Shown here: positions 18,747 through 28,822 of the stretch, in pieces
Layout: the number at the start of each line of letters is the position of its first letter
Numbering within the stretch: position 1 is the stretch's first letter
From: Candidatus Poseidonia alphae
GTDB taxonomy: Archaea; Thermoplasmatota; Poseidoniia; Poseidoniales; Poseidoniaceae
Assembly: GCA_002505405.1 (NCBI GenBank)
Contig: DAVD01000012.1
Location: 39,809-103,808, forward strand
Length of the DNA stretch: 64,000 nt
Direction: 5' to 3'
Translations under genes and position numbers: made by a program
Notes under the pieces: generated by a model
Told to the model about the DNA's origin: nothing
Database searches by the model: none
Seen by the model: the letters and a program-made list of their open reading frames with translations, nothing else

Positions 18747-21700
18747 TAGAATGACCCCCCTGTAAACGACGAGACCGAACACGATTGGCGGAGGACACAG
18801 TAGTTGCAATGTGTGCCCGGCGTTGGATTAACCTGTCCGTCATGAGCCGCCTGCACAGCGCGTTGGGCTGCCTTTAATCGCTCATACATCCATGTCCTGA
18901 ACGGAGAACGGTGGATGCCTTCCCCGTTCAAAGGAAGGAAGTGAAGGGGCAAATGCCCGGTTGCTTGTCCCAAGTGCAATTCCTCTTTCACCGAATCAAT
19001 GTCGGTATCCAATTCAACATAATGAGCAGTGAACTCCCCTATTTCTGTTGCGCCGACACCGATGACGCGGTCACCTGGGTGGGCGACCTCCCAAGCCCTA
19101 GCATACAATGCAAGTTGCAATTCTTCAAACAAGCAGCGAAGATGGCGCAAGCCACGTTGTTTGACCTGTGGGCCGCGAACGGTCTTCAAATCACGAACGA
19201 TGACCAGCCGCCGAGCAGCGTAAGGCGTTCCATCAAGAGGCATTGGAGTTGTCTTCTCACTTGATTCGTCCAATATACCAAGTGCAGTCAATGCCTCACG
19301 TTGCCCTTTATTCAACACCACCACGTCGACGCGATCGGCATAGCCAAACATTTCGAATGACGCTGCAGCCTCGTGTTCGTCGGTTGTATCCAAGGCGATG
19401 CTTGTCCCCTCGGACAAGGTCTTCCATTCACAGGCAATCGGGGCTGAATGTTCTAGCGTCAAATCCGATTGATACATTCTGAAAAGTCTGCCTCCGGGAG
19501 AAATCGGCGTTCCTGTCTCCTGGTAATCGTTCCATTCTGCTGGTGTGGCGTCGATGAGGTCGCGGGTTCGGTGGACAGAAACTGCATTGTATCTGCCCAT
19601 CCATTGTGCATGTTCGTTCAAGTGTTCAAGGATAACGTTCCAACCTGCCCCTACATCTCCCATTGGCCCAAGGTGGAGGGGTTCAATCCGTCCAAGGTCT
19701 GAGCCGCTCACATTGACGCCGTGCCCAGAAAGGAGGGCTCCTTCAACCTCGTGAGCGAGAATTCCGCGAATCCTCAGGTCAACATCCTCAGAGACGCCTT
19801 CATCTTCGCTCTTAGCGTTCAGAAACTGATTCATCCATGCGCTTCGCGGACAATGAAGCCATTTTTCCAGTCGGCTTGGCGACCAAACCTTTCGAACCAG
19901 CGAAGCATCAATTTTGCCGAAGCGGTGGTTGAGTGAAAGCCCTGTTGGCGCGTAGGCGGGAAGAGGACGAGGGTCAACACTTAGCGAGACAACCTTCTCT
20001 TCCTTATGACCGAGATGAGGCCACTGTGCTGCGCTAACTCCGGGGGCTTTGACTGAAGCGTGCTCTGGGCGCAACCTCACTGCATCAATTCCAAGGAGGT
20101 GGGTGCGGTGGCTCCAAGAGAGCGACGACCCCTCGGTGAGCCCTCTCAACGAGGGTTGTCTCTGCTTACGATCACTCTGAATCACGCCCTCAAAGGAATG
20201 AGTCAGTGTTGGGCGATGGTTGAGTTGTTCGCGGGGTTGGATGGACTCTTTGAGGTCCATACCCAACTGCTGGCGAGCATCCCTTGGAAGGTGCCCGTGA
20301 CGAATCAATCGCTTTGTTCCTGCTTCTTCTGCTGTCCAAGAGGAGACGGGCGTCAACCAACTTCCCTGTCCGAGTTCTCGCGAAACCCACTCCCAATGGC
20401 GTAAGCCCGATGTTCCTTGGTAAGTGTCAGGTGGCAAGAATTCGGGAGCTGGTCGCATAGCATCCCACTCCCCTGAACGTCGCACGTCCGACAACCATTC
20501 GGCGTAAGGAGCGCTTGGGCCGCCCCCATCTTCAGGGCTTGAATCAAACATGACAATACGAGGGGCTGCATTGAGGAGATGCCGAAGGTGGTGACGTCCT
20601 TGCCGAATCAGCAAGTCCGTTTGGAACATTCCAAGTTCAAGTTGGGCTTTGGCATCCAACCAAGGTACAACGGATGTTTTCATGGGCCAGGCGTCAACAT
20701 CAAGGCCTGCAAAGATGATCAAATCAGCTTCGAGCCCCAATGCCTCTTTTGGCGTAAGTACCTCGATGTCTGCTGTTTTCATCTTGGTTTGAGACAGTGT
20801 GGTGACCTGCCCTACATACGTGAGGAGGTCAATAAAGTCCATTCCATCAAAGGTGATGCTTTGTACTCTGACCATTGAAGATTGAATCTTTTGAATGGAT
20901 TCTAAGATAGCGTGGAAGGTACCTAGGCTGCGATTGTAGGGGGATTGCCGGTGTTCTAAGGCCTCAAAATCCAACCATTTGACGAACTGTGTCATCCATG
21001 CGGGCCCATTTTTTGGTGCTGGCGGGAGGGGGAGGAACTCACCGGTGCTGCACCCCTCTACATCGTACCGTAACATGTGCACGTCTTCTCCCATGAGCAA
21101 CGGCTTCCACGCATGAAGCATGCATGAAAGCCACCATTGGGTTTCCTCAAGGTCTTGCCTTCGTTGCTCTGGATTGCGTTCTGTAGCTGATGGTTTGGCT
21201 CGTGAAAGAGCGCCTACCCATCTTGAAATCGCACCTGGCCCACCGAGGACATGAAATTGTTGGGCAATACTTTGGAGTGCTTCTTGGTGAGGCCGAGGTC
21301 GCCATTCTTCCTGCGTTGGATGAACGAGTTCGGGGAACATATCTTCCTTGAGAGGAAGAGACGTTGAGTCCATAACGGAGTGAAGAGCGTTCATCCCCCA
21401 CGCACTCATACCTTGAGACAAGCGGGATGCTTGTAGGAGAGCGTGGAACAGCGGTTGGTCTTCCAACAACTCAGTGTTCGAATTCCATTGAATGCCAAGT
21501 GAGCCGAGTGACTGCGTCCAAAGGTGCTGTCGGTCTCGGACAGAGCCGTCAATGACCAGTATTCGTCCTTGAGAAGAACTACGGAAGTGCTTGATCAGTT
21601 CAATTGTAGAATTGAGAATATGGTCGCGTTCGTCGACCGTTACTCTGGTAAATTGGGTGTTTTTAGAACGACCAACATTGGACCTCCAGGAAGGGTGCGC

Positions 21701-22477
21701 CTCACTCCATACTTCGTGGGGCGGGACCCATGATGGGAGCGTTTCCTGTGTGCATGGATACTCGTCGACGAGAAATGCTCCATGGAATCCCAGGCGGAAC
21801 GAACCAGGGTTGAGCAACTGATGAATGGGGGTGAAGCGTGAAAGAGAACACAGAATTGCCCGTTCTATTTCTGTAAAGTCTGGAGCGTGGTCAAGGATAA
21901 GAATGCCTTCAATATGGGAAAAATGAAACGGGGCTGACTTAGCTGAATTGAGCGCGCTAAGGACGTGTTTTGGAAGTAAAACGGGGAGCGTTCCCCCGCG
22001 CTCCTTTTCAAAGGCAAGCAGGATGTTTTCATAGGTCTCAAGACCTGGGTTATTCTCCCAATTGAACGGGTCGAGAAGGGGACTCAAATGCGCATGAAGA
22101 CGTTCCAATCGTTGTGTTTTCTTCATGCCCCAAGATCCGTGTTCACCGCTATGAAGGAGGGGGAATTTGTAATTCTCACCTGCATCCATGCACTTGCTGT
22201 GAATGCCCATGAAAGAGGATGCTTCGTCGTCAAGAAGGACCGGAAGCCGGAAATCTACGTGCAGCAAGCGAAGAAGTTGATTCATCGTGACGTGTTCTTG
22301 AGGTTGTGCAGCGACGCCCCGTTCGCCAAGTGCATTGAGGGTGGACTTACGGTGTTGCTCTGTTGGATGTACGACCATAATATTGGATTCCGTCGATGCC
22401 GAAAGTCCATCAATCAGCCAATCGGGCAAACCTTGACCAGGGGGGGTGTACTCCGATGTGATGGTATAATCTTCCAC
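18746..22477 (-). CDS. addB: AddB-like protein: degenerate helicase region plus Fe-S PD-(D/E)XK nuclease
   Basis: SPSRLEKWLHCP, GYADRVD, RDLKT, QLALY, CNYCVLRQSC; stop overlaps the addA start. Confidence 0.75.
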   Translation of the reverse strand: MEDYTITSEYTPPGQGLPDWLIDGLSASTESNIMVVHPTEQHRKSTLNALGERGVAAQPQEHVTMNQLLRLLHVDFRLPVLLDDEASSFMGIHSKCMDAGENYKFPLLHSGEHGSWGMKKTQRLERLHAHLSPLLDPFNWENNPGLETYENILLAFEKERGGTLPVLLPKHVLSALNSAKSAPFHFSHIEGILILDHAPDFTEIERAILCSLSRFTPIHQLLNPGSFRLGFHGAFLVDEYPCTQETLPSWVPPHEVWSEAHPSWRSNVGRSKNTQFTRVTVDERDHILNSTIELIKHFRSSSQGRILVIDGSVRDRQHLWTQSLGSLGIQWNSNTELLEDQPLFHALLQASRLSQGMSAWGMNALHSVMDSTSLPLKEDMFPELVHPTQEEWRPRPHQEALQSIAQQFHVLGGPGAISRWVGALSRAKPSATERNPEQRRQDLEETQWWLSCMLHAWKPLLMGEDVHMLRYDVEGCSTGEFLPLPPAPKNGPAWMTQFVKWLDFEALEHRQSPYNRSLGTFHAILESIQKIQSSMVRVQSITFDGMDFIDLLTYVGQVTTLSQTKMKTADIEVLTPKEALGLEADLIIFAGLDVDAWPMKTSVVPWLDAKAQLELGMFQTDLLIRQGRHHLRHLLNAAPRIVMFDSSPEDGGGPSAPYAEWLSDVRRSGEWDAMRPAPEFLPPDTYQGTSGLRHWEWVSRELGQGSWLTPVSSWTAEEAGTKRLIRHGHLPRDARQQLGMDLKESIQPREQLNHRPTLTHSFEGVIQSDRKQRQPSLRGLTEGSSLSWSHRTHLLGIDAVRLRPEHASVKAPGVSAAQWPHLGHKEEKVVSLSVDPRPLPAYAPTGLSLNHRFGKIDASLVRKVWSPSRLEKWLHCPRSAWMNQFLNAKSEDEGVSEDVDLRIRGILAHEVEGALLSGHGVNVSGSDLGRIEPLHLGPMGDVGAGWNVILEHLNEHAQWMGRYNAVSVHRTRDLIDATPAEWNDYQETGTPISPGGRLFRMYQSDLTLEHSAPIACEWKTLSEGTSIALDTTDEHEAAASFEMFGYADRVDVVVLNKGQREALTALGILDESSEKTTPMPLDGTPYAARRLVIVRDLKTVRGPQVKQRGLRHLRCLFEELQLALYARAWEVAHPGDRVIGVGATEIGEFTAHYVELDTDIDSVKEELHLGQATGHLPLHFLPLNGEGIHRSPFRTWMYERLKAAQRAVQAAHDGQVNPTPGTHCNYCVLRQSCSVSSFTGGSF

Positions 22478-22816
22478 TACCTATCCCCCGCTGAGAAGGT
22501 GTTGGTGACCCTTATTGAAGGTGGCGAGAAGAAATCTACGGGCGCCCTAGAAAATGATTGCGTCTTGAGCCGTTCATGTTATATCTTTGAACCCCAGGCG
22601 GTCATGTAGCAGTTTCCAGCACGAGAAGCGCATGCAGTTCATTTGAGTGTGCTGAGGGCGGTTTTGGTTCCGCCTTTGGGGTAAAAGCACCGGTAGTTTT
22701 ATATAGTGCTTGTAGCAATAAGAATATGTCATGATTGTAGGGGGCGCGATTGGAGAGCGGAATAAACCCGTTCTTTATAACCCCTTAACGACATGTATTA
22801 GAGGAAGTGAGCGAAA

Positions 22817-23968
22817 ATGAGCGATAATATGGAATGTGAAGACTGCTGTGGAATGAATTTTACGATTGACCAAGCTCGAGCAGAGCGTGTTTGCGATGGT
22901 TGTGGCCTGGTTGACCCACACTACACCACCGATGCTGATACCAACAGTTCAATTGGGCTGGGTGACACACGACAAACTGAATCCTTGGATGTCTTCGCGA
23001 ACAATCCAAACGCAGCACAAGGTGGCCGGATGAATCCTTTTGGAGATCGCACCGATTACTCAGGGAGCCGTCTTTCTCCGTCTCAACGTCGTAGATTTAT
23101 TCGTTTGAGCCGTGCTGACCGCTCGAGTCAGCGTGAAAAGGACCCTATGTGCCGCGAGGTGAAGCTGACTCTGTGTCGCATGTTCGGCGACAGTGTTGCT
23201 CGCGCCACCACTCATTTGGCCGATGCCGCATGCCGAAAATTGTCTCCTGAACAAGAAGCTGTTCGAAAGACCCTTACCTCTGGGGAGCGTGCCGCTTTGA
23301 GCTGCCCTAAGACCTCCATCACACGAAAGGAAGTGGGAATTCGTGGTGAAAGCCACCAAGACAACCTCCAAATCATAGCACTGGCCATCGCTGTGCTCTC
23401 CCACGAGTGGCTCAATACCCCTGCTTTCAACCATCAAATTGTCATGGCCGAATATGGTATTTCCGAGTCTCAATTCAAAAACGCAAAGTCCACCATAAGC
23501 AAATCCTACAAAGCACGATGTCGCAGAGGATGGGCTGCCATACCCCGTGTAATGGCTCGAGGGGCTCTTCGTGCTGACCAACTTGACATCGTCGCAGAGA
23601 ACCTTGACCGCGCCCTCTCCCAGCGGCTTGCGCCAAGTGAACTTGAGGTCGTGGCTGAGCTGTTCTGGAACACCATGACCGACTTGAACGAGCCTACTGC
23701 TGAAGGCCCGCTGGCCAATGTAGCCATGGGTTATGTGGCCGGGTGTGCCATGTACGCAGCGCTTGACCTCGTCGGTTTGAGTCATGGAAACTTGGGCCGA
23801 GTAGCTGAGGCTGTAGAACTCTCCCCCGCCGGCTTGACCAACCGCCTCAAGAGCATCCAGGCTGAAGTGAATGCTGGACAGCTGCCTGAAGCACGTCGCA
23901 TGTTTGTTCTCGATGAAGTTGATGGCGACTCTGGGCCATCCGGTGCAGAAGAACGCGCAGAAGAATGA
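22817..23968 (+). CDS. Divergent transcription initiation factor B (TFB/TFIIB)-like protein
   Basis: Zn ribbon CEDC...ERVCDGCGLV; B-linker-like LSPSQRRRFIRLSR; C-terminal cyclin/HTH-like VAGCAMYAA and VAEAVELSPAGLTNRLKSI. Confidence 0.7.
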   Translation: MSDNMECEDCCGMNFTIDQARAERVCDGCGLVDPHYTTDADTNSSIGLGDTRQTESLDVFANNPNAAQGGRMNPFGDRTDYSGSRLSPSQRRRFIRLSRADRSSQREKDPMCREVKLTLCRMFGDSVARATTHLADAACRKLSPEQEAVRKTLTSGERAALSCPKTSITRKEVGIRGESHQDNLQIIALAIAVLSHEWLNTPAFNHQIVMAEYGISESQFKNAKSTISKSYKARCRRGWAAIPRVMARGALRADQLDIVAENLDRALSQRLAPSELEVVAELFWNTMTDLNEPTAEGPLANVAMGYVAGCAMYAALDLVGLSHGNLGRVAEAVELSPAGLTNRLKSIQAEVNAGQLPEARRMFVLDEVDGDSGPSGAEERAEE

Positions 23969-24014
23969 ACCATTTGGAAGACGGGTTCATATCTCCTCCC
24001 TCGTTGGACAATCC

Positions 24015-24932
24015 ATGCGCCCCGCTCTCACCGTGTTTGCCTCGTTGATGTTTTTCGCATTGTTCGCCCCTGTTGCACCAGCACTACCTGCTGAATCTCT
24101 CGACAAGGGAATGATGTTTGGCGGCCAATGGTCTGATGTGAACAACACCACGACGGATCTCTCAAATCTTACCGACCTGCCTGCTGTCGTCGAAGTTTAT
24201 ACAGCCACCTGGTGTGAAAACTGCGTTGACGTTGAGCACGCATTGGACGAAGTCCAGGAAGCTGGTTTGTTGGAACAGTACCACATTCATCGAGCAATCG
24301 GAGAAACTCAGGACCCGTTTGGAAGTGAAGCCATAGATGCTCGTTGGAATTCTAAATACGGCCAAAACGCCCCTCCTGCCGTGGTATTCAACGGTTCCAT
24401 GAAGAAATTAGGCAGTGTTGCCGATGAGGCAACGTTGGTTGATGAATTCACTGGTTTAGCAAACACTGACTTAGCATTGGGTGCTGGTTCAACAAGTTTT
24501 GGTTGGACTCCTACCACCGACAGTTCTGGAACGGTCACTTGGAACCTCGACATCGATGCTGATCATCTTGAAAATTCAACGCTCAATGTTACGGCTTGGA
24601 TCGTAGAAGCAGGTGCAGAGTTTGAAGAAGGTTCTAACGGACTGGGAACCTATCCCCACATCGTGCTTGACATCGTCTCCTTAGGAAATGAACTCCAGGG
24701 AAGCGTTGCAATACAGATTCCGGAAGCAAACGACGGTGATGACCTCCAAGTCCACCTCATCTACGAAATCATACCCTTGGTTGAAGAGCCAACGGATGAT
24801 GTGAAAGTTGAAGACTCGGACGATTCGGAATCCGTACCGTTTCTAACCGGATTGACCACAGTCACTGTCCTCTTGGGAGCCGCTTGGGCACACGGCGGCA
24901 ACGTTAACCAAAAAGGTCGCCAAGACCAGTGA
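24015..24932 (+). CDS. Secreted thioredoxin-fold (CxxC) protein with a C-terminal membrane anchor
   Basis: Signal peptide, EVYTATWCENC, C-terminal VPFL plus hydrophobic helix (PGF-CTERM-like). Confidence 0.75.
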   Translation: MRPALTVFASLMFFALFAPVAPALPAESLDKGMMFGGQWSDVNNTTTDLSNLTDLPAVVEVYTATWCENCVDVEHALDEVQEAGLLEQYHIHRAIGETQDPFGSEAIDARWNSKYGQNAPPAVVFNGSMKKLGSVADEATLVDEFTGLANTDLALGAGSTSFGWTPTTDSSGTVTWNLDIDADHLENSTLNVTAWIVEAGAEFEEGSNGLGTYPHIVLDIVSLGNELQGSVAIQIPEANDGDDLQVHLIYEIIPLVEEPTDDVKVEDSDDSESVPFLTGLTTVTVLLGAAWAHGGNVNQKGRQDQ

Positions 24933-27273
24933 GTTCAGTGAATTCTTTTTGTTTTCGGGGCTCATCGGTCAAGTCTTCATGCAACTGCCAGGGATAACGC
25001 TCAACCGTATCAGGGGCACGCTCCACATTGGCATAATTCCACCATCGAGGAGGGGCTCCCCGGACGCCTTGTCGGCGTTGACTTTCTCCAAGGAGGTCAG
25101 TAAGACGGAGGCGAGCATTCGGGCGTGGATGATCCCGACGAATGTAGTGAGTATGGTTTGGCCCCTCGAGATCTTTGACATAGCCAAGAATTGATGCAAT
25201 TTGTCGCACGAAACGGCGCTCTACCGTATTGCGCAGTGTCACCTTAAGGTCCACGTTTCCGAATTCAAGAGCAGCACCGTATTTGGCAGGGATTAGGAAA
25301 TCTGAGCCCAGAGGTTGAGATGTCAAAACGCTCCAAATTCGGGAATATACTTCACACCAACGCCGTTCACCGTCGCGTATATCTCCAATCTGGTGGACAT
25401 CGTCTCTTCTCCTCGGCATAACCGCATGACGCCGATGATGAATCTGTCTTCGGAAGTCACCGTATCTGAAGGCTCGCTCTTCTGCGGATGAGCGATGTAC
25501 CGCATGAGCTCGGTAAGGTTTGACGCCTCCTGCCCATCGCTGAATCACGTTATGAATTGGAAACGTTCCGGACTCCTCAAAATGTTCTTGGAAAATCTCG
25601 TTCCATTCGGTGTTCCGGCGTTCACTGATTCGTTCACCGTGACGGAATTGACGTTGCAGAAGGCCGCGAAAGCCTCGGTTCCCTCGCTCCGGTTCAGGCT
25701 CATAACGGCCTCGAAGCTCGTACCATGGATCAGCGACATAATTGTGATGGTGGTAGGTCAATTCTTTGAGGGCCTCTTGGTCAAGAACAGCAATCCATTC
25801 CCTTGGAACTGGCCGTAGAAAACCAAACGGAGGACGGTTGCGTATCAAATCATTCAAGCTGTCAATGTTGAGGGTTGCAGTGGTATCATTGTACATTGAG
25901 AGCACTACAGAACCCATGGTATCTCCGAGAGGGACCGTGGAATGATAGTGGCCGTTGTGAATGCAAATCGCATCTTTGTGCTCTCGACCAAATCCGCTGA
26001 GGTGGGAGATTAGATACGGCGCGCTGTGTTGCCCCCTTGTCACATTGACCTCGTAGCAATGCCCTAATTTTCCAACCACAAGAACCGTTGCGTTCTTGAC
26101 ATACACTCGGTCGGTAAGCCCGTTGAGGATTCCATGACAAAATTCCAGAGAACGGACCATTTGGTCGGTCGGAGCATCGGTTTTGAGGTAAGCTTGTGAC
26201 CAATTGTGCTGCAAGCCCAGAAGAATCTTTCCTGCATCGGAATTCAACGGCGATAGCGCAAGTGAGACGAGAATCGCCAAGTGTACCGGTTGACGGGGAA
26301 TTTGAACGAGGCGGGTCCGGCCAACTTGACTGCGGACGCGAAGCGAAATGTGCTTTTCTGAAACTCGCAGTGGCCAATCGAGGGTGTTCGCTGGAATTTT
26401 GAACTCTTTCGGGTCCCTCCAGTGCCTCATCCATGGCGTATCATAACAGTCAAACAAACCCCGAGGGTGGTTTGAAAATGCTTTGCGGAGGTCTTGCATG
26501 TTGGTTCGACCTCCGTTTCGGATCAGTTCGGTTCGAACATCGTAAGCCCAGGAGATGAAGCCAGCTTTTCCAGACACTCCTGTTTCTTTGAGCCGGTCAA
26601 TCTTGACCTTGGTGGAAAGCCAAGCAAGCATTGAGGCCATCGGGCGAGAATTAGAATCACCGTTCGCAAAAACATAATTCAATGCACGAATTTCACGATG
26701 GTCCTGATTCCTGTTTGCGGCCGGCGTAGCGCAAGAAAGGCCTACGATGAGTTTCGCGAGATCCCATCCGCTCCGGAGTTTTTTATCGGTCATGATGGGG
26801 AAAAATGAGCGAAGACTGATGACGGATGGAAGTTCTACATCATCCAAATATTGGCGGCCGTCCATGATTCGAAAACACGAGCCATCTTGGAATTCAATTC
26901 CCTGAGCCAACCATCTGATTTGGGAGTTTGACAACACATGACCGTTAACGAGGGCATCTCCCAGTTCTTGAAACTCAGCCTCACTGCAGGGAAGATCGGC
27001 AATTGGTTCCATTGCTTCATGTTCTAATTTAGCCCAATTCGCATGCTCACCATCCCCCAGTGAATGAGCCAGTCGTTTCCAGCGACCTGAGGCGTGAACG
27101 GATGGCCCTCCGAACAACGCAATAGCACGTTCATGATCGGTTGGAGTAAGGGGGACAGACCATCCCTCCCGAGGATTGAAGTCGATCATTGATTGACACC
27201 AATCGCAGACAATTTCCGCCTCGTTTGAGTCCAGATTATACTTGCAGTCAATGTAAGAAGAGTGCGAACTCAT
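24904..27273 (-). CDS. Large hypothetical protein, Arg/Trp/His-rich; shares a domain with 47154..48119
   Basis: Long ORF; N-terminal C...CDWC; internal VVGKLGHCYEV...ICI...PLGD...ND. Confidence 0.75.
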   Translation of the reverse strand: MSSHSSYIDCKYNLDSNEAEIVCDWCQSMIDFNPREGWSVPLTPTDHERAIALFGGPSVHASGRWKRLAHSLGDGEHANWAKLEHEAMEPIADLPCSEAEFQELGDALVNGHVLSNSQIRWLAQGIEFQDGSCFRIMDGRQYLDDVELPSVISLRSFFPIMTDKKLRSGWDLAKLIVGLSCATPAANRNQDHREIRALNYVFANGDSNSRPMASMLAWLSTKVKIDRLKETGVSGKAGFISWAYDVRTELIRNGGRTNMQDLRKAFSNHPRGLFDCYDTPWMRHWRDPKEFKIPANTLDWPLRVSEKHISLRVRSQVGRTRLVQIPRQPVHLAILVSLALSPLNSDAGKILLGLQHNWSQAYLKTDAPTDQMVRSLEFCHGILNGLTDRVYVKNATVLVVGKLGHCYEVNVTRGQHSAPYLISHLSGFGREHKDAICIHNGHYHSTVPLGDTMGSVVLSMYNDTTATLNIDSLNDLIRNRPPFGFLRPVPREWIAVLDQEALKELTYHHHNYVADPWYELRGRYEPEPERGNRGFRGLLQRQFRHGERISERRNTEWNEIFQEHFEESGTFPIHNVIQRWAGGVKPYRAHAVHRSSAEERAFRYGDFRRQIHHRRHAVMPRRRDDVHQIGDIRDGERRWCEVYSRIWSVLTSQPLGSDFLIPAKYGAALEFGNVDLKVTLRNTVERRFVRQIASILGYVKDLEGPNHTHYIRRDHPRPNARLRLTDLLGESQRRQGVRGAPPRWWNYANVERAPDTVERYPWQLHEDLTDEPRKQKEFTELTGLGDLFG

Positions 27274-27311
27274 GCCTAAGAAAAATGCCGACCTGTTATG
27301 AAGTCCGCACC

Positions 27312-28355
27312 TCAAAAGATGCGCTTACAAAGATCGATAAAACGCTCAATGTCTTCATCCGTGATGTGCAAATGTACGACAATACGGATGTGCGTTGGAG
27401 ACACATCAAACACATCAACGCCGTTGTTTTGCAGTTCAAGAGCGACCTCATTCGCTGGCCTGAGGCATTGGACATAGACCATGTTGGTTTGTACCGTTTC
27501 CATGTCAACGGAAAAGGAATCCATTGAATCAAGTGCTTGAGCAATGGTTGTTGCACGGTGATGGTCTTCTTCCAGCCGGAGTACGTGATGGTCAAGGGCG
27601 TGCATGCCAGCGGCTGCGAGCATGCCTGCTTGTCGCCAGCCGCCACCAAACAATTTGCGCCATCGATGTGCTCGAGTGATGAAGGCTGTTGTGCCCACCA
27701 AGACCGACCCCACAGGAGCACCGAGGCCTTTGGAAAGACAAATTGATACTGAGTCGTAATGTTTGCACATGGTTGCTACATCAACACCTGTGGCGATTGC
27801 CGCATTGAAAATACGTGCACCATCAATATGGGTTTTACAATCGTTCGCTTTGGCAACTGCAGCGATTTGGTCAAAGATCTCTTGGTCGTAACATGAGCCG
27901 CCACCAAGGTTGGTCGTGTTCTCAATGCAAACCAAACTGCCGTTTGGATAGTGACCGCCGGAACCTTCAGATTTTCGTATAGCCTTCTGAACTTGCTCTG
28001 GAGTCATCAGGCTCTTCTCTCCATCGACCAGGGCAATAGATGCCCCACAAAGTGCTGCATAACCGCCACCTTCATACCGGTAAATGTGTGCGGTTTTATC
28101 GCAAACGATTTCATCGCCTGGGACGGTATGCGTCCTTAGCGCAATTGCGTTTGACATGGTCCCTGATGGAACGAAAAGAGCGGCTTCCTTGTCAAACATC
28201 TTCGCCACCCGATCTTGAAGGGCAATAACCGTTGGGTCGTCACCTAAGACATCGTCACCAACAGGGGCTGCCATCATGGCTTCCCGCATGGCTTGTGTTG
28301 GTTGAGTCACCGTGTCCGAGCGAAAATCGATGCGGTCTGAGGGATACTCGCGCAT
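27312..28355 (-). CDS. ltaE: Low-specificity L-threonine aldolase
   Basis: DFRSDTVTQPT, PSGTMSN, HIDGARIFNA, CLSKGLGAPVGS. Confidence 0.95.
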   Translation of the reverse strand: MREYPSDRIDFRSDTVTQPTQAMREAMMAAPVGDDVLGDDPTVIALQDRVAKMFDKEAALFVPSGTMSNAIALRTHTVPGDEIVCDKTAHIYRYEGGGYAALCGASIALVDGEKSLMTPEQVQKAIRKSEGSGGHYPNGSLVCIENTTNLGGGSCYDQEIFDQIAAVAKANDCKTHIDGARIFNAAIATGVDVATMCKHYDSVSICLSKGLGAPVGSVLVGTTAFITRAHRWRKLFGGGWRQAGMLAAAGMHALDHHVLRLEEDHHRATTIAQALDSMDSFSVDMETVQTNMVYVQCLRPANEVALELQNNGVDVFDVSPTHIRIVVHLHITDEDIERFIDLCKRIF

Positions 28356-28396
28356 GATTCATCCTCCACGCTCTCCTTCATCAATGCCTTGTAACG

Positions 28397-28813
28397 TCAC
28401 AAGAGCTTGAGGTGGCCGGTGATTTTGTCGAGGTGTTCTTCATCGTAAGGGCCCAGAGCAAGAACGGTCTGTGAGCCACTGGGAATTTGGGTGTGGCCGG
28501 CGTCCCGCACAATGTGGCCCGGTATCTGTTCCTTATCTGCCGCCCGCATGAGCTCTGTAAAGACGCCTTCATCCTCGGCTTTCAAACAGATTTTCTTTTG
28601 ACCCCCAGACAGCCAAGCTTCCAGGTGATCAGGGTGTGTCGTTCCAGCGCGAAGAAAGGATTCCACCGAAGCATGCCCTACTTGGGCAGCGATTTTCCCT
28701 TTCCCCATTTTCAAGGATTGGTTAACAACACAAACCAATTTCATGTTCCCATGAACGATCTGTCCATTCACCCTTGGAGCAGTCATGCGGTGGATGAACG
28801 AACGAAAGCCCAC
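28397..28813 (-). CDS. pth2: Peptidyl-tRNA hydrolase Pth2, paralog 1
   Basis: LKMGKGKIAAQVGHA, DAGHTQI, TVLALGP. Confidence 0.9.
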   Translation of the reverse strand: MGFRSFIHRMTAPRVNGQIVHGNMKLVCVVNQSLKMGKGKIAAQVGHASVESFLRAGTTHPDHLEAWLSGGQKKICLKAEDEGVFTELMRAADKEQIPGHIVRDAGHTQIPSGSQTVLALGPYDEEHLDKITGHLKLL

Positions 28814-28822
28814 ATTCTCACC

